A DNA stretch of 63,075 bases, the filler included, from Globobulimina sp. (taxonomy: Eukaryota): assembly GCA_003354225.1 (NCBI GenBank). It is 36 parts of 36 records of this genome, joined end to end, with 100 filler letters (N's around TTAATTAATTAA, not from the genome) between each part and the next. Parts side by side here need not be neighbours in the genome. Positions count along the whole stretch, not along the records: positions 59,668 to 61,321 come from PIVH01013564.1; positions 61,422 to 63,075 come from PIVH01013565.1; 34 more parts are not named here. One strand, 5' to 3'. Of this stretch, positions 59,568 through 63,075 are shown piece after piece (the stretch's first letter is position 1; every line of letters starts with the position of its first letter). Both the position numbers and the translations under genes were made by a program. A model generated the notes under the pieces. The model was not told the DNA's origin and searched no databases. It was given only the letters and a program-made list of their open reading frames with translations.

Positions 59568-60154
59568 NNNNNNNNNNNNNNNNNNNNNNNNNNNNNNNNN
59601 NNNNNNNNNNNTTAATTAATTAANNNNNNNNNNNNNNNNNNNNNNNNNNNNNNNNNNNNNNNNNNNNTGATTTAAAGATTCGTGATGTTTTAAATTCGTG
59701 ATGTATAGAATATTACATTCATACGCCCATAGGCTATAAACAGGCAGTGTTTCAAAAACGAAATGTTTTGAATTCAAACTGAAATTTTAAAAACAATGTG
59801 TTTCAAACAGGTCCTATTCTAAAGTAGTACCGAAGGGCTTTAGCTGGATGCGTTCTAAAAAGTGATTCTTGCATAAAATTATTATACTCATAAATAACAA
59901 TAAAAAGCATAGGGAATTGTATAACACAGCATAATATATATATCCTTGCATGTTATATAACTGTTTGATTGGTATTTTATGAAATATATATATATGTTTT
60001 TTTTTATATACAATTACAAAAGTATACAAACATATACAACAGAAACACAAACAAAAAATAGTTTTTTATGATTTGGCCGTATTATTTGGCTGTATTATTT
60101 GATTATTGGCCGTAATATTGGCCGTAGCCGTGATATTATTAATAGGCGTGATAT

Positions 60155-61092
60155 TGCCCATTTACACGCATATTTCGATTCTTGCTGCTTCCATAACAAT
60201 GGCAAAGAAACCAACCAGTATCAAAATGGCAAAGAAACCAACCAGTTCCACCTCGACATTGCCGGTCGTAAACTGGTAGACTTGGAAGAAAGTGCCAACC
60301 GAAGCTAACGGGATCATATATTGCGTAAAAGACACCAAAAATAAAAAATAATACGCGAGTTTCTCGCCATAATAGTCACGCAAACCGGCCAAAGGGATTT
60401 GAAATATGGTTGAGACGGACGTACATTTTATCGTTGACCATATTTGCTGATAAAGGTCTGCCAATACATCGTATTCATGGCATGGGAAGGCGTCCATTAA
60501 CGCGTTGTTTTCGTCTTTGATGCGTTTCTCAATCTCATCCATTGGCAGCGACGACATGTAGCCATTGTTCATTGTGGAGGATAAGTTGGACTGAAATGAG
60601 AATTTGGATGCGAACCACTTCCCTGAAGATGGAACCTTGTGAGATATCACGCGAATACATATTGTCGTCGGTAGCGATATGAAACCGGTCTTTTGCGTAC
60701 GATTCGTCATAGCCATAACCATATTTTCTATAAAATTTATAGATTTCCTCGTTTACGTATTGTGAGTAATAGCGAAAGTATAAATCCCTCCAACATTGGA
60801 GGTTGAATTGACGATTTTCAGTGGCAGCGTCATGTGTGGCTTGCGCTAATTTGTTATCTATCAATAATAGCCACTCAACAATCAAATTGGGGTCTAAATT
60901 GAGCGGATATTCTAATTTATCGTGGATTGCCACCAAATTATATGCAATCAAATCATTTTTTGGTGTTGCTGTGGCTGTGGATTGCCACCACAATTTCTCA
61001 TTTTTGGAGCATGCGTATCATGGCAGAGGCTTTATCCATAAAACTATATTCCTTTTCATCCATTATAATATGTCCTCGATGACTTCTTGGTC
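60155..61092 (-). pseudogene. Anoctamin/TMEM16 N-terminal fragment, decayed
   Basis: SIFREVVRIQIL, AFPCHE, QIPLAGLRDYYGEKLAYYFLFL, WKQQE in shifted frames; internal short duplications; truncated after TM2. Confidence 0.82.
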
Positions 61093-61311
61093 CTATATAT
61101 ATGATTTTATTTTTGCTTTTTTTTTATTTTTTGTGGCAAAATCGCCTGTTGTTTTTGAGATTGCTTTTAAACTAATATAGCATATGCTTATGTTACATAG
61201 ATGTTTAAAAACTGCTATCGTAGTTTAAAAATCCAATCTCGGCTAGAAGTGACTGTAAAAGTGACATGATTCAAAATTGCAAGGCTCTGCACTTAGTTGA
61301 CATTAGTCAAT
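61093..61311 (-). repeat. Conserved hairpin element, copy C (diverged)
   Basis: Reverse complement aligns to 31325-31500 plus 29965-30008, including the ATCATATATATAG end; stems preserved, one loop shortened. Confidence 0.9.
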
Positions 61312-61444
61312 TTACAAATCTNNNNNNNNNNNNNNNNNNNNNNNNNNNNNNNNNNNNNNNNNNNNTTAATTAATTAANNNNNNNNNNNNNNNNNNNNNNN
61401 NNNNNNNNNNNNNNNNNNNNNGGAGATTAGAGTAAATGAGGACT

Positions 61445-62781
61445 TTACTTGGAGATCGGGTACCATATTGTTAGATGAAACAGCCATTTATCCCCACTCA
61501 CCACTCTATCATTGCTATACATTGCCGTTGCATCCAAATTGCCATCATTTAACGCATTATACCAAAATACTGCACTATATTCTTCACTTTCCACTGAATA
61601 TCTTGTTGTTTTCTCATTTTCCTCAGCTTCAATAAACGATGTATTCCCACCACCAAAAGTGTCGCTCATTTCCAATATAACCTGAAACGTAATAAATCGT
61701 AAAAATATACTCTCTTCTACAGCATTATCAAAATGACGCGCATAAAACTGATTGGTATCAAAATGTATAACTTCCATATGCGATGACACTCCGTTGTCAA
61801 TAATATTGGCATCCACTGTCATTTTATAGGCATCAATCCCCAATACATTGGCAGTTCGTTTATATATTGTTTCAATAACTTTTGTTCTGTTCATAGCCAG
61901 CCACGAATTGCTTGAAGTCCTGGTCGGATCCGTCTGAGCATTGCGCCCATCGCCGGTGGTACTGCGATGCATAGAATTTGATGATAACTCAATAATATGC
62001 CTCGCTTCATATGCTGAGATAAAATTTGATATTTTATAGACCAAAGGATTATTATTATGCAGTTTTTCAATCTTAAATCTTAATTTATTCCCTTTATTAT
62101 TATCTTGACACGTCGGTATTTGTGAAACTTCTTTTTTGCTGCCAGTGAATAATCTGCTTATTCGATTTGCGATGGTCGGAGTTTCTACGACCGGGCTTTG
62201 ACGGGTTTTGGGCGGGTTACATTTCCAGAAATAAGCGCTGGAGTCAATCCATTTTGTTTTTTGATTGTAGGGCAGTGCAACAAATGGAACTATGGGTTTA
62301 GGTCTATTGTAAGTTGACAACCAATGTCGATTATATGTTGAATAATAATTGGATAAAAATCTTAATTCTTGATTTGTTTTTGCAACAATTGCTGGGAGAG
62401 CTGGATGATTTTCATCAGTGTAAAGATATAATATCTGTTTAGTTGGGACTGGTGAGTTACAGAGTTGGTATATATGAAATAAATAAAGTTAACTTTGTTA
62501 TGGGTGATTGTAAATGGAGGTGTTCTTTTTGATTTGATGTGCATTTGGTCAGGCGGTGCCCACAGGAATCTAGATCCTGGATTGGCTGTGAAAGATACCA
62601 TGCCACCATTTTTCGGCAGATGTCCAAAGAAACGCAGTTCTTCATTGCTGTATGGCGTTATCCACCATAATGTAATATCATGATCAGCAATATTCCTAAA
62701 CCGAAGTAACATTCCTCCGTTGTGGTTGACAGCAGCTGTAAATATTAATGAGATCAATAGTGAAAGAATTAACAATGCCAT
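61445..62781 (-). CDS. Prolyl 4-hydroxylase-like 2OG-Fe(II) oxygenase with signal peptide and VHL-beta-like N-terminal domain
   Basis: PLVYKISNFISAYEARHII, RTSSNSWL, FYARHFD, GGNTSF, AVFWYN, VVSGDKW; phase-0 intron 62435-62493. Confidence 0.85.
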
Positions 62782-63075
62782 TATTATTGTCTTTTGGCTG
62801 TTTTTTTGTTTATACCTACTTTACATAATTAATTAGGCTCTTTGCAAATTCGTAAATCAATCAGAAAATTGATGGCAATGATCCCCCAAATAAACAATAA
62901 AATAAAAAAATATATATAAAAAAATAGAGGAAAATAATATATTAAATATTATTACGATTTTCGAAAGGGTTTACCTATTTGGATTCTGAATAATTGTAGA
63001 AATTGGAATAATTATTGAAATCTTGAAAAACTGTGGTATTTTGTATTTTTAGTCAAAAAAAGAGGAAAAAGACAA

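Noticed and set aside
59765-59790. Copy of the contig-1 motif (TTCAAACTGAAA)
   Set aside because: Single partial match in AT-rich DNA without the hairpin or phasing.

Overview
This window is not contiguous genomic DNA. It is an artificial concatenation of 36 unrelated contigs of 1654-1656 bp, sorted by length and joined by identical 100-bp spacers (N44-TTAATTAATTAA-N44, stops in all six frames), so no neighbourhood inference is valid across spacers. Most contigs are AT-rich eukaryotic gene fragments with short (~50-60 nt) GT-AG introns and standard genetic code. The families present (RCC1, LRR, SPRY/TRIM-like, SAM-U-box, RGS, degenerate G-alpha, GMC oxidoreductases, ion channels, P4H, histone H1, tRNA-Ala, a LINE ORF2) suggest a protist, most plausibly a foraminiferan (inference, no marker gene present). 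Two contigs fuse bacterial genes (nirS with an FNR/DNR box; menA-like) to eukaryotic DNA and are probably amplification or assembly chimeras. The most unusual items are: (1) a 1.5-kb element with >=142-bp terminal inverted repeats capped by GC-rich branched hairpins and seven copies of a palindromic motif around one spliced orphan gene (1-1656); (2) a ~220-240-bp conserved hairpin element ending in a splice-acceptor-like tail that directly precedes decayed fragments of unrelated host genes (PFOR, anoctamin) on two contigs, one terminally redundant; (3) a tandem or circular unit carrying a surface-protein gene plus a MITE; (4) several apparent pseudo-enzymes and a recurrent F-box-like helical motif. 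All family assignments are by eye from remembered consensus motifs, not database searches.
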